DNA from: Candidatus Rifleibacteriota bacterium
GTDB taxonomy: Bacteria; Muiribacteriota; Ozemobacteria; Ozemobacterales; Ozemobacteraceae
Direction: 5' to 3'
Assembly: GCA_015232575.1 (NCBI GenBank)
Contig: JADFZL010000026.1
Coordinates: 13,688 to 77,687 of the forward strand
DNA: 64,000 nucleotides
The notes under the pieces are model-generated. The model was not told the DNA's origin. It saw nothing but the letters and a program-made list of their open reading frames with translations, and searched no databases. This document shows, piece after piece, positions 17,677-28,184 of this stretch. Numbering within the stretch: position 1 is the first letter of the stretch; each line of letters begins with the position of its first letter. A program made the translations under genes and the position numbers.

Positions 17677-19023
17677 ATGGATATTTTTGATCTGCTAATG
17701 CATCCACAAAACTTTGACCTCGTATATTACTGTGTGGTCGGAGTCATAGTTTCTCTTCTCATTTCTTTTCTTCCAGCTTTACACATTTATAATGTACTTG
17801 GAATATTTCTTTTGTTTGTCCTTAAATATGAAATGACAATGACTGGAATGCAATTGTCTGCACTTGCAATTGGAATGATTGTTGGTTATTCAATTCTGAA
17901 CACTGTTCCTTCAACTTACCTTGGTCCGGGCGACGAGAGTCTTTCATATTACATTCTTCCGGGAGCTCAATGGACAGCTCAGGGTAAAGGCTTTGAATCT
18001 ATCATTCTGACCGGTATTGGTGCATTGGGCGGAATTATAATGCTCGCGCTTCTTGCGCCTGCATTTCTTTACATACTTCCGGGACTGAAAAACATTACCA
18101 CTCCTCACATATTCTGGATAATTGGAACAGTAATTGCCTATATGCTGCTGTCTGAATGGCCCAAAGGTCTTTCTCAATCGCGCAACACCTGGACAAATTT
18201 TTTTGAAGGTTGGTTTTATCTTGGCGTAGGTATTGTAACCTTCTTTCTTTCAGGAATTCTGGGCTTTATTGTCATGGCAAAAACATTTGTCCCATTTGAG
18301 ATAGCCTTTCAAAGCATTACTCCTGTTTTTGTAGGTCTTTTTGCAATTCCATGGCTCATTACAAATATTATTAATGTCGGACCGCTACCCCACCAGCACA
18401 TATCCGATTCCGTCGATCTTGACTGGGAACTTCTAAGCCGCGGCACTTTCAGCGGATTTCTTGGAGGATTCTTTGCTGGGTTTGTACCAATTGTAACAGC
18501 CGGAATTGGCGGCCTGATATCTGGTCATGCAACTGCCCAACGCGACGGAAGGCTGTTTGTAATGTCTTATGGAACATGCAAAACAGTTTATTATGTTGGT
18601 TCATTTCTTCTTTTCTTTGTTCCCGGATTGAGTTTAACCAGGGGCGGCCTTGCATGGATAATTACTCCTCTCAGTCCAAACATTACACTGCAGGAATATG
18701 CCCTGTTTGTTGGATTGATGATTTTTTCAGCAGGCCTGTCATTTATTCTGCTGTTTCCATTTACAAGAATGGTTATCTGGATCACGAAACAAATAGATTA
18801 TCATATCATTTCTGTTGTCACACTTATTCTGATTGTTCCGGCAATTTATGCACTTACCGGTTTTGGCGGACTGGCTGTCATGACTGTCGCAACTGGAATC
18901 GGCCTTTTGCCTGTTATGTTTCAAGCAAGGAGAATGAATCTTATGGGTGTTCTTCTGCTTCCTGTGTGCATTAATATGGCTGGATATGGAAATTATTTTC
19001 TCGAACTGATGGGGTTGCTCTGA
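17677..19023 (+). CDS. polytopic integral membrane protein (possibly TctA/DUF112-like)
   Basis: At least 10 hydrophobic helices and Gly/Pro-rich motifs. Family assignment is uncertain. Confidence 0.5.
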   Translation: MDIFDLLMHPQNFDLVYYCVVGVIVSLLISFLPALHIYNVLGIFLLFVLKYEMTMTGMQLSALAIGMIVGYSILNTVPSTYLGPGDESLSYYILPGAQWTAQGKGFESIILTGIGALGGIIMLALLAPAFLYILPGLKNITTPHIFWIIGTVIAYMLLSEWPKGLSQSRNTWTNFFEGWFYLGVGIVTFFLSGILGFIVMAKTFVPFEIAFQSITPVFVGLFAIPWLITNIINVGPLPHQHISDSVDLDWELLSRGTFSGFLGGFFAGFVPIVTAGIGGLISGHATAQRDGRLFVMSYGTCKTVYYVGSFLLFFVPGLSLTRGGLAWIITPLSPNITLQEYALFVGLMIFSAGLSFILLFPFTRMVIWITKQIDYHIISVVTLILIVPAIYALTGFGGLAVMTVATGIGLLPVMFQARRMNLMGVLLLPVCINMAGYGNYFLELMGLL

Positions 19024-20099
19024 TGAAAGGCTTTACACACTTTATTTCCGGTATTGCTGTTGCAACTTTTTTTCCGGAAGCTGTTCACATGGCTTCGCAA
19101 GAGCATTCTTTCGTTCTCTGCCTTGGCGGAATAGCTGGAATACTTCCAGATACGCTTGATTTCAAGTTTGCACGATATTTTCATAAATCAGAATTTGAAG
19201 TCTGGCCAGACCCGAATAAGCTTGACGCAACCCAAATCGCATCTACTGTTGCAGCTGCCGTCGAACGAGCAGCGGTTAATGGAAGATCGACTGTTCAACT
19301 TCACACCATGCAGTTAGGAGCAAATCTGTGGCGTTCGTATACGCTCTGGTTTGATTCAGCATCAAGCGAGATAGTTGTTGAGATTGGCCCGATTGTTGAT
19401 ACCGGGCAGGTCCCCTTCCCCGGTTCCGAACCAAAAGAAAACAATATTGCACGAATCAAAACCAGTTGTCCGTTTTTTCAACCTTTTGATAAAAAGTCCT
19501 CTATTTCAATAATGAGCGGTCCGTGTTTTGAATTTGTAAAAAGAGATGACGGCAGAGTTGAGATCGTTTTTCTTCCCTGGCACCGCACATGGAGCCACAG
19601 CCTTACTCTTGCTTTCTGCATTTCCTTTGCGGTCGGATTATTTTCATTTTTTCTTGTCCCTCCATCGCTTCATCCAGACTTATATTCCATTCCAAGATGG
19701 CTGCTGTATCCGCTGATTTCATTTTCAGCTTTTGCAATGCATTTGCTTGAGGATTCAACTGGTTTTATGGGAAATAATCTGTTTTATCCTTTTACCAAAG
19801 ACCGTACAAAAGGTTGGGGATGGGTTAGCGCGGCAGAGGGAATACCCAATTTTTTCTGTGTCTGGCTTTCTTTTATATTTATTCTGTTTAATCTTGACCG
19901 TTTGAGATGGGCCCCGGACATAACACCGCCAGGAATAACAAGTTATCCTGCATATTTTTTCTTTTTTCTTATTTTACCGGTTGTAACAATGGTCACACTG
20001 TTTTTCAAATACGCCAGAGAAAAAAATGCGTCGGTTGAAGAAAAAGATTTTGATAGCCCTTCATCAAGTGACCGAGACACCGAAGTATCATCGACCTGA
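19023..20099 (+). CDS. membrane-bound metal-dependent hydrolase-like protein (DUF457/YdjM-like) with inserted soluble domain
   Basis: N-terminus MKGFTHFISGIAVATFF matches the MxxxTHxxxG DUF457 signature, with later His-rich motifs. TGATGA overlap with the upstream gene. Confidence 0.45.
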   Translation: MKGFTHFISGIAVATFFPEAVHMASQEHSFVLCLGGIAGILPDTLDFKFARYFHKSEFEVWPDPNKLDATQIASTVAAAVERAAVNGRSTVQLHTMQLGANLWRSYTLWFDSASSEIVVEIGPIVDTGQVPFPGSEPKENNIARIKTSCPFFQPFDKKSSISIMSGPCFEFVKRDDGRVEIVFLPWHRTWSHSLTLAFCISFAVGLFSFFLVPPSLHPDLYSIPRWLLYPLISFSAFAMHLLEDSTGFMGNNLFYPFTKDRTKGWGWVSAAEGIPNFFCVWLSFIFILFNLDRLRWAPDITPPGITSYPAYFFFFLILPVVTMVTLFFKYAREKNASVEEKDFDSPSSSDRDTEVSST

Positions 20100-20401
20100 T
20101 GTTTGTTTTTCAGCAAGGATGATAATTTTTCAGCACATTTTATTAACTTTTTCCTGTCGTTTCTACTATTTACCATAAATTATTGAGAAAATATTATCTA
20201 CTCAATAGTTTTGTGCAAATTGTAGAAACACCTTTCAACCGCTTGTGAACAGCGTGGCAAGATGTCACGTCTCCGAATTGCCCCAAAATATTAAGTTGAT
20301 ACAGAAAATACTTCTGTCTCAAAAAATATTATTCATAAACAGGTACGTTTATTGCTTGATATTCTTGTTCGGTTAAGAAATATTAAGATTGAGGTAATTT
20401 T

Positions 20402-21283
20402 ATGAAAAATTGGCGTATCAGGTTATCACTTTTTTCGGCAGTCATTATTTTTTCTGTTATTTTTCTTTCTGGCTGCGGAGGCGGCGGGGGATCAGGTGGT
20501 TCAGGTGGCGGAATAGGATTATATGAGGTTCCGTTTGTGAACAAATCAGCAGCAAGAATTTCAAGCCTTGGTGTAGGATATGATATTTCGGCATCTATTC
20601 AGGAAAGAAATAACCTCAATTTTGAACTTCTGAACATGAAAACTTATCGCTCTTTTTTCACAGGCCTTGGAACTGATATAAATCAGTCCAGTTATTTTTA
20701 TCAGGGTTCACCAGGTTTTATTTATGGTTATATGTTTGATTTTCCCGGGACAACAAGCGGAAATATTAAGAATGCACTGGTAAATGATTCCAGCTACAAC
20801 ATTTCAAGCAGAGATCCAAAAAGGCTTCAACCAAATGAGACAAGAACAATATCAACAAAGATTATGGTTGGGTATCCCGGTCAGAGTCGCCCATCTGGGT
20901 TTCTGGGAATTTTTATCACCAATAGTGAATACAAAGAATGGGTTTCACTTGGAAAACGCGGAATAAGATTTTACGTAACCTGGCAGGCTTTTGATGCAAA
21001 ATCAAACAATACATACAACATAGATGCTCCGTTGGAAGCATATTTCGATTACAATCTTACAACCGATCCTTATGACGGTGAAACTGATCCTTACAGCGGT
21101 GGGACCGGCAATACCGATCCTTACAACGGCGGAACTGGCAACACCGATCCTTACAACGGTGGAACCGGCAACACTGATCCTTACAGCGGTGGAACCGGCA
21201 ACACTGATCCTTACAGCGGCGGAAACAGTGGCACTGATCCTTACGCTCCCAGTTCAGGATACACAAATCCGTATAATCAATAA
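20402..21283 (+). CDS. lipoprotein with Gly/Ser linker and C-terminal (TDPYNGGTGN)x5 decapeptide repeats
   Basis: Lipobox LSGC, then GGGGGSGGSGGG, then five near-perfect decapeptide repeats at the C-terminus. Confidence 0.7.
   Translation: MKNWRIRLSLFSAVIIFSVIFLSGCGGGGGSGGSGGGIGLYEVPFVNKSAARISSLGVGYDISASIQERNNLNFELLNMKTYRSFFTGLGTDINQSSYFYQGSPGFIYGYMFDFPGTTSGNIKNALVNDSSYNISSRDPKRLQPNETRTISTKIMVGYPGQSRPSGFLGIFITNSEYKEWVSLGKRGIRFYVTWQAFDAKSNNTYNIDAPLEAYFDYNLTTDPYDGETDPYSGGTGNTDPYNGGTGNTDPYNGGTGNTDPYSGGTGNTDPYSGGNSGTDPYAPSSGYTNPYNQ
21060..21262 (+). repeat. 30-bp tandem repeats (ACTGATCCTTACAGCGGTGGAACCGGCAAC) x about 6
   Basis: GATCCTTA recurs every 30 bp from 21086 to 21236. Confidence 0.8.
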
Positions 21284-21297
21284 ATGTAAAAAATAAA

Positions 21298-21341
21298 AGC
21301 AAACAACATCAGGAAATATCCTACTGTTGTTTGTTTTTTTA
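21298..21341 (+). terminator. Rho-independent terminator
   Basis: CAAACAACA-loop-TGTTGTTTG followed by TTTTTTT. Confidence 0.65.
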
Positions 21342-21442
21342 TTTCCGGATTAATTTCTCAATTGTATAATCCGATAATGACTTATCGCAAAAAATTTTTA
21401 TGCAAAAAAAATAAAATATTTCACATCAGGAGTTCGGGGCAG

Positions 21443-22900
21443 ATGAAACAATCAGGACAAATGAAAAGCTGCAGTTTATTAATACTAATCGCTATGTGTT
21501 TTTGCTGTTCTTCAGCTTTTTCACAGGAAAACAGAATTACCGATATTCGCTTCTGGCAGAGCCCCGAAGAAGCCCAGATTGTCCTTGATCTCACCTGGAC
21601 TCCTGAAACATCGCCTGTTCGAGCAATGGAAGACGGATCATTTTTCTTTGATATCAATGACGGAAATTTTCGCCCCGGGCAAAAAACGTTCCCATTAAAC
21701 AATGCTTTTATTACTTCGCTTAAAGTTCAGGAATATCCAACAGGAATCGTAAGAATATCCTTTAAACTTCCACCATCAGTTCAATACAAGAACTTTCTTC
21801 TTCCAAGAGCATCATCAAAACCAGACCGCATTGTAATCCTTCTTGGTGAATCGCCTACTGCGCAGGCTCAGAGAAGAAACGATGAGCAGCTTGAAATTTC
21901 CAGATTGAAATCACAGAATGTAAAAATAGTTGTAATTGACCCCGGACATGGCGGTGAAGACCCTGGAGCAAGTCATAGCGGAATTGTTGAAAAAGATTAT
22001 GTACTGCGAATGGCAAAGCTGATAAAGGCCTACTTTGATAAAGATCCAAGATACAAAGCTGTTTTGACTAGAACCGGCGACTACATCATTCCGCTTCAGA
22101 GACGCTCACAAATAGCTGAACAACTTGAGGCAGATGCTTTTGTTAGTGTTCATGTAAATTACAACAGAAAGAAACATATCCGTGGAACTGAGGTTTACTA
22201 CGAATCAAATCGTGGAGCAGTAGGTGAAGCGGAAAGGCAAACCGCTGACCAGGAAAATCAGCAGGATCTGATTGGCGGTGTTTATGATTCTTATCCTCAA
22301 ATAAAAAACAAAAATAACTTTCTGAAACAACAGGCTGCAAATATGTTCAAAAGCAGTCAGTTCGCAGATAAAATGGATCAGTGTCTTGGTTCGGCAATTC
22401 AGGGTTTACCAAGCGCTGGAGTTAAAAGAGCAGGTTTCAAGGTTCTTCACTCGGTATCAATTCCGTCCATTCTTGTTGAACTTGGCTATACTTCAAACCC
22501 AACTGATTCATGGTATCTACGAAATGCCAATGGCCAACTGAGACTCGCATACTCAGTATATTTGGGTGTTAAGAATTTTCTTGAGGGAAAAATATACGAT
22601 GGTATAGACACAAATTACCTCCAGTTTGCTTCTAATGTCGAACATGAAAAAAAAGTTCGTGCAGAAAAAAACCGAGTTTCACGAGAAAAACGCGCTGCAA
22701 TGTTAAGAAACAGTCAAGCTTACAAGGTTAAAAAGGGAGATACTCTAAAAAAAGTTGCATCAAAATTTAACGTCAGAGTAAATACGATTATAGAAGTTAA
22801 CTCACTTGGAAAAAGAAGAAATCTCAAAACAGGTGAACTTTTAAAAATTCCTATGATGGCACAAAATAAAAGAAAAACGGATAAAAATAAAATAACATAA
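21443..22900 (+). CDS. AmiC-type N-acetylmuramoyl-L-alanine amidase (AMIN - Amidase_3 - LysM)
   Basis: Signal peptide MKSCSLLILIAMCF... AMIN-like N-terminal domain. IVVIDPGHGGEDPGA...FVSVHVN. C-terminal LysM (YKVKKGDTLKKVASKFNVRVNTIIEVN). The track start (TTG 21362) is less likely. Confidence 0.75.
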   Translation: MKQSGQMKSCSLLILIAMCFCCSSAFSQENRITDIRFWQSPEEAQIVLDLTWTPETSPVRAMEDGSFFFDINDGNFRPGQKTFPLNNAFITSLKVQEYPTGIVRISFKLPPSVQYKNFLLPRASSKPDRIVILLGESPTAQAQRRNDEQLEISRLKSQNVKIVVIDPGHGGEDPGASHSGIVEKDYVLRMAKLIKAYFDKDPRYKAVLTRTGDYIIPLQRRSQIAEQLEADAFVSVHVNYNRKKHIRGTEVYYESNRGAVGEAERQTADQENQQDLIGGVYDSYPQIKNKNNFLKQQAANMFKSSQFADKMDQCLGSAIQGLPSAGVKRAGFKVLHSVSIPSILVELGYTSNPTDSWYLRNANGQLRLAYSVYLGVKNFLEGKIYDGIDTNYLQFASNVEHEKKVRAEKNRVSREKRAAMLRNSQAYKVKKGDTLKKVASKFNVRVNTIIEVNSLGKRRNLKTGELLKIPMMAQNKRKTDKNKIT

Positions 22901-23054
22901 CCAAAAAATACAGATACACGCAAACTCTTGTTATTGAGAAGAAAGTAAAAAATCGCACGCTATTAATTTTTATTGACAGAAAGCTGAAACTGAATTATTT
23001 TCAAACAGATATACTGTGTGGTTGGGAAGAATATTTCGGTTTACGGATGGAAAA

Positions 23055-25325
23055 ATGAATTTTTTTGCTGATTTGAAAATCAAGACCAGATTATTTGTAA
23101 CAATGGTCATTGTTTCGATAATTCTTTTCGGGTTAAACTGGTACACTACCGGAAGAGTTCGCGATGCTGTTAAACAACAGATTCCCCTTCAGATAAAAAC
23201 AGTACTAGATGAAGAAGTAAAATTAATTGATAGTTTCGTTTTAAGAAACACTGAAACGCTGAAATATCTTTCTAAATTAAGCGCAACAAGTCAGTTTTTC
23301 ACATGGAGTCATCTTAAACCTGATGCCGAAGAATCTATTAACCAGTGGCGCGAGTCGCTCGTTTCGCTGACAAAGAATACTCTAAACACCGACGATGTCT
23401 CGAACAGATTTCATGAGATTTTTTTCTTTGGAAAAGACAATCAGGTTCTTCTTCACATGGGCAGTAATGGCAAACTCCTCCCTAACAGAAAAAATTCGAT
23501 TGACCCGATTGTCCCATATATTTCTATCGCAAGTATGCAACCCGAGGACATTTTTATATCACCTGTTTTTACCGTCGATATTGATGAAACACCAACAAGA
23601 ATAATGTATCTTGGGAAAACAATTACATATAACGACGAATCAATAGGTTTGATACTGGCCGGAGTATTGCTTGATTCCGTCTTCAGCAACATTCCGGGAA
23701 TACTTGAGAGTCTTGGTGGCGACACTGCCGTATTTACCATGGAGCCTTCGCAGGCCGGAGCCTATATCTGTCATAAAAATTTCAATTACATTCTTGATCC
23801 GCAGAGTAATATATTTGCAAATCAGGATGAGCCATTTTTACGGCAACCGCTTGAAGATTCAAAAAAACTGATGAGTTCAAAAATCACTGAAGCCACTTCA
23901 CTGGTAAGCGAATTTCTACAGGGTGATTTTTCACATCTGCTGGTAGTTACAATGCCTATCAGATCGACTAAGTGGGTAATCATGAGCGTTGTCAATACAA
24001 AGGGTTCTCTGAATACCCTTGACAAAGCTCAGGACTTTTCTATGTTTCTGATTATTTTCGGATTATGCATAATGACAGCGATAAACATGCTTGTAATAAG
24101 AGGCGTTGTTCTTTCGATTCAGGCTGTTTCCAGCGGTCTGGAAGAAATATCCAGAGGAAGAGGAGATCTTACCCGTAGACTTGGAACAATAGGGCACGAC
24201 GAAGTTACTGAGGTTTCAGAGAGATTTAACCGCTTCATTGCCTATATTCAGAGATTTCTTCTTCAGATTCAGGACATCATCAACCGCCTTTTCTCAATGG
24301 CTAACCAGATTTCTGATGCAACTGGCCAGGAAAACGATTCGATTCTCAAGATCCTTGGTAATACACAGAGAATAACAAAAGCTTCAAGACAATCTTCTAT
24401 TACACTCGAAAAAACTGCTGCTGCAATTCAGGAAATTTCAGCAAATTCTCAACTTGTTGCAAAGCGATCCAACCGCGCATTTGAGGAGTCTGTACAAAAC
24501 AGACTTAAAGCAGCTCAAGGCATGGAATCAGTAAGAGAAGCCTCTTCAACAATAAAAGGGATTGAACGTGCAGTTGGTGATTCATCACGTGTTCTTGAAG
24601 AACTTCGCGCTCAATCAAGAAAAATTGGTAAAATTGTTCTAACCATAACCGCTATTTCAAGACAGACGAATCTGCTGGCTTTAAATGCCGCAATTGAAGC
24701 TGCAAGAGCTGGTGAGCAAGGCAAGGGATTTGTTGTCGTTGCTGAAAACGTAAAAAAACTTGCAGAACAAAGTGCCAAGGCAGCTGAGGAAATCGGTGCA
24801 CTCATTGGAGAAATTCAGCAGAAAACAAATAAAGCAGTTGAAGAAATGAGTCTTGGTAAGGAAAAGGTCCAGGAAGGAGTTGGAATTATCAACCGCGCCG
24901 GCCTTCTTCTGGATGAAATAGGAGTTGCATCAGAAAATGTTAACCTGATGGTTCAGGATATAAGTAAATCAGGTGCAGAACAGAGCAAAAACATCGAATC
25001 AGTAAGCATGGCTGTCGAAAACCTTTCACTTTCAATAAAAACAACTACAAGCGAAGTCGACGAAGTTCTGCATTCACTTCAAACACAGAAAGACAACATT
25101 CAGGATCTCGCAAAAATTACAAAGCATCTCACCATGATATCAGACGACTTGAAACGAATGCTTTCTAATTTCATTTTGCAGGCCGACTTCGAAGCAAATG
25201 ATTTCCATCACCGCGGACCCAGCAGCAAAAAGCCACCTGCACTCCCTGTTCCTGTAAAAACTGAGAATAAAAGTGAAGTTGCCGGTGAATCCGTAAACAA
25301 TACCCCGGAAGTATCACCAGTCTGA
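23055..25325 (+). CDS. methyl-accepting chemotaxis protein (TM - periplasmic sensor - TM - HAMP - MCP signalling domain)
   Basis: Highly conserved MCP hairpin ([34 protein letters not shown]). Two TM segments flank an about 300-aa sensor region. Confidence 0.85.
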   Translation: MNFFADLKIKTRLFVTMVIVSIILFGLNWYTTGRVRDAVKQQIPLQIKTVLDEEVKLIDSFVLRNTETLKYLSKLSATSQFFTWSHLKPDAEESINQWRESLVSLTKNTLNTDDVSNRFHEIFFFGKDNQVLLHMGSNGKLLPNRKNSIDPIVPYISIASMQPEDIFISPVFTVDIDETPTRIMYLGKTITYNDESIGLILAGVLLDSVFSNIPGILESLGGDTAVFTMEPSQAGAYICHKNFNYILDPQSNIFANQDEPFLRQPLEDSKKLMSSKITEATSLVSEFLQGDFSHLLVVTMPIRSTKWVIMSVVNTKGSLNTLDKAQDFSMFLIIFGLCIMTAINMLVIRGVVLSIQAVSSGLEEISRGRGDLTRRLGTIGHDEVTEVSERFNRFIAYIQRFLLQIQDIINRLFSMANQISDATGQENDSILKILGNTQRITKASRQSSITLEKTAAAIQEISANSQLVAKRSNRAFEESVQNRLKAAQGMESVREASSTIKGIERAVGDSSRVLEELRAQSRKIGKIVLTITAISRQTNLLALNAAIEAARAGEQGKGFVVVAENVKKLAEQSAKAAEEIGALIGEIQQKTNKAVEEMSLGKEKVQEGVGIINRAGLLLDEIGVASENVNLMVQDISKSGAEQSKNIESVSMAVENLSLSIKTTTSEVDEVLHSLQTQKDNIQDLAKITKHLTMISDDLKRMLSNFILQADFEANDFHHRGPSSKKPPALPVPVKTENKSEVAGESVNNTPEVSPV

Positions 25326-25328
25326 AAG

Positions 25329-25371
25329 TACAATAGGGCACGCAGTGAAAACGGCTTTGCGTGCCCTATTG
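25329..25371 (+). terminator. bidirectional Rho-independent terminator (14-bp perfect stem)
   Basis: ACAATAGGGCACGC-n15-GCGTGCCCTATTGT between convergent genes. Confidence 0.75.
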
Positions 25372-25393
25372 TCTGTAAACCAGCATTAAGTTT

Positions 25394-27949
25394 CTAAAAA
25401 TCTATCGGATTTCCTTCCAGATGGATCTTTTTGAATTCCAGCATACTTTTTATTTCATCTCTGAGTGTTTCAACCGGAGCACCCTTCTGCCCTGTAAATG
25501 CATCAACGAGAGTCTCTCTGCAATCGTCGGCAAGGCATTCAGAAACCACCTCAAGAGTACGTGATTTAATCGATTCAAACCTGTAACTTCTGCTCTCAGG
25601 ATCTTCAACTGATTCAAGTTCTGATGCTGCAGCTACTAATTCACGCAGATTCTTGTTTTTAGAGGAAATAAGCCATTCAATTACAGCAAGATTAAATTCT
25701 GGAGTGTTTAGTGAAGAGTTTGAAGAATAAAGTCTGTCATTGTATAAAGGTTCACCAACACATGCAACTCTTCCTGTTCCAAGGTCTTCGCATGCCGCAA
25801 TGGGAACCGGTAAAACTGGAGTATGTGATGCATATACGTAAGCATCATCAAGTCCATCATTGCTCAGGTTATATGTGTCATCATCACCAACGGCAAGCAG
25901 GTGGAGATTTTTAGAAGCAATCAATCCCTCATTTTTTGCATTTATCAAAGTGCAACAACCCCTGACGAGCAACTTTGAAACACCCTTTGTAAGCGGAGAC
26001 GGGAAATTTTTGATAAAAATTCCCCAGAGATATCCAATATTATCTGTCGGATCAAAGACTTCGTCATCATTAAACCGAATCAAGCTTCCAGCCGCCTTCA
26101 GAATTTCATTTAAAAACGCAGGATTACTTTTATTTCCGAAATCTGCCTTGCAATACATAAGAAGCGAGCCGCCCGCCGCAACATAATTACGAAACAAAGT
26201 TATCTCATCTGGTGAAAATTGTTTTTCGGGGTGAGGAATAATAACTGCAAAGACATTTTTTAAAGTACTTGAAGCCAATGCGCGAGACTCTGAAATGCTT
26301 TTAAACTCCAAGCCAAGCTTCTTTCCAAGATCCATTTTCATTCCGGAAAATACACCCATGTAGTAATCTTTATTTCCGTGGGCACAATCGACCAAAATAA
26401 GCCTTGAATTGATTTCAACATTAATTGAAGAAGTGTCTATAATTTTAGAATCTTTCTTGAGAACTGCGATAATTTCAACTGTACCAACCCATGAAATATT
26501 CGTTTCAAAGTCGAATTTTGAAGCTTTTCCTGCAGGAATCGTTATTCCATCTTTACTTCCAATCATATTTTCTGGAGTCATCGTATCATGATAAACTTCA
26601 AGACTCAGCCCTGAAATATCCTGTGTCGCTGAGTTTTTAAGACAGGAAGTAACCAAAAAGGGATTTTTCACATATAAAGCTGATTTAGAAACAAATAGTT
26701 TGTGAATAACAGGAAGAGCATCACCTTCTGCTGAAGGAGTTTTAAATTCACCAGTATCACTAACCAGCTGTTCAACCTGTCTGGAGTCACGGGAAAAGAT
26801 TATATACTGATAATTTGTGTCAGGCTTTAATCCTGTAATTGTTATTGTATGAATTTTTGCGGAATTCTGTATCAACTTCGACGAAGAATAATCTGCAGGA
26901 CCATACTTTATCTGGGTATTCGAATCTTTGTTAGTTTTCCACTGAAGAGTAATAGAATTCTGTGTAAGAGAAATAACCTTTGGTCTTTCGACTATTTCGA
27001 GAGGACTCTGATTACTTGTAAATTTAACTGTTTCACCATCTGTAATTGTCTCGACAGTGCCATCCTGATCAGTTCTAAACACCCTGGTTTTATGGAAAGC
27101 ATATTTATCCATTGTTTCCTGGTTGGGATGGCCAAAATGATTATCTTTTCCAACGCTTATTACTGCGTATTCAGGCTTTACAACATCCATAAATGGAAAA
27201 CCCGAAGAAGTTTTACTTCCATGATGAGGGGACTTCAATATCGTACACTTTAGCTTTTCGCGATATTCCCTGACTATTTTCTCTTCGGTATTTTTTTCTG
27301 CATCTCCGCTGAAAAGATAACTTACTTTTCCGGCATTCATTTTAACAACCAATGACTCATCATTTGCGGAAAATTTTACTGCTGGCGGAAGAGTGTCGCT
27401 GGCATTACCCTCTGAAGGGCTTCTCCTCTCAAGTTCACTTACAAACAAAACTTCTGTCTGAACTCCAGAACCCCAATTCAGATCAGAACCTACTTTCGCA
27501 CGATTATACGGAATTTTCTTTTCGTTAATTATTGTCAGAAGTTTCTGATAAAGTTGAGAATCACCACTAAAAGATTCTCCGCCATCTCCACTAAGAAAGC
27601 CGCATGAATAAACGAACTCGCCTATTTCAATTTCCTGAATCAGATCAATAAAACCGCCGAAGTGATCACGATGGGGATGTGAAATCACTGCCATGTCAAT
27701 TTTTGCGATTCCGGCTTTTTTCAGATAAGGGATAAGAACCTTGGTTGCGGTATCAAATCTATCATCACCAGCATCAATTAAAATGGTTTTATCTTTGGTT
27801 CTAATAAGGATAGAGTCACCTTGTCCAACATCGAGAAAAGTTACTCTGGCAAGCGAATCAGATTGTGCAAAACATGAAAAGCAACAAAAAAATACTGTGA
27901 TTATAGCTGCGAAAAGAAATCTCTGAATCGACAGGCGTTTAGTTAACAT
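25394..27949 (-). CDS. secreted MBL-fold hydrolase (ComEC-type lactamase_B domain) with fibronectin-III-like domain, 851 aa
   Basis: Signal peptide. VTFLDVGQGDSILIR...ILIDAGDD...VISHPHRDHFGG. FN3-like SITLQWKTNKDSNTQIKYGP...NYQYII. Confidence 0.65.
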   Translation of the reverse strand: MLTKRLSIQRFLFAAIITVFFCCFSCFAQSDSLARVTFLDVGQGDSILIRTKDKTILIDAGDDRFDTATKVLIPYLKKAGIAKIDMAVISHPHRDHFGGFIDLIQEIEIGEFVYSCGFLSGDGGESFSGDSQLYQKLLTIINEKKIPYNRAKVGSDLNWGSGVQTEVLFVSELERRSPSEGNASDTLPPAVKFSANDESLVVKMNAGKVSYLFSGDAEKNTEEKIVREYREKLKCTILKSPHHGSKTSSGFPFMDVVKPEYAVISVGKDNHFGHPNQETMDKYAFHKTRVFRTDQDGTVETITDGETVKFTSNQSPLEIVERPKVISLTQNSITLQWKTNKDSNTQIKYGPADYSSSKLIQNSAKIHTITITGLKPDTNYQYIIFSRDSRQVEQLVSDTGEFKTPSAEGDALPVIHKLFVSKSALYVKNPFLVTSCLKNSATQDISGLSLEVYHDTMTPENMIGSKDGITIPAGKASKFDFETNISWVGTVEIIAVLKKDSKIIDTSSINVEINSRLILVDCAHGNKDYYMGVFSGMKMDLGKKLGLEFKSISESRALASSTLKNVFAVIIPHPEKQFSPDEITLFRNYVAAGGSLLMYCKADFGNKSNPAFLNEILKAAGSLIRFNDDEVFDPTDNIGYLWGIFIKNFPSPLTKGVSKLLVRGCCTLINAKNEGLIASKNLHLLAVGDDDTYNLSNDGLDDAYVYASHTPVLPVPIAACEDLGTGRVACVGEPLYNDRLYSSNSSLNTPEFNLAVIEWLISSKNKNLRELVAAASELESVEDPESRSYRFESIKSRTLEVVSECLADDCRETLVDAFTGQKGAPVETLRDEIKSMLEFKKIHLEGNPIDF

Positions 27950-28184
27950 TACTCTATACTCCTTAAATTTTACTCTATTTACTTAACTCTAAAAAATATG
28001 CAAAAACCACTTCATTGTGGATATTTTATCCAATACACCAAATCTCGGAATACTCCGATTAGTTCATTTTTAGATTGTATGAAATATTATTAATTCTGTC
28101 CAGTATGTACATTAAAAAAAAATGTTGATTAATACTGAAAACTTTGAGAGAATGTATCAAATCTAAATTCTGAAGAGGTATAAA

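Noticed and set aside
20100-20401. 300-bp intergenic region upstream of the repeat lipoprotein, inspected for RNA genes or repeats
   Set aside because: No convincing structure, repeat or promoter consensus found by eye.
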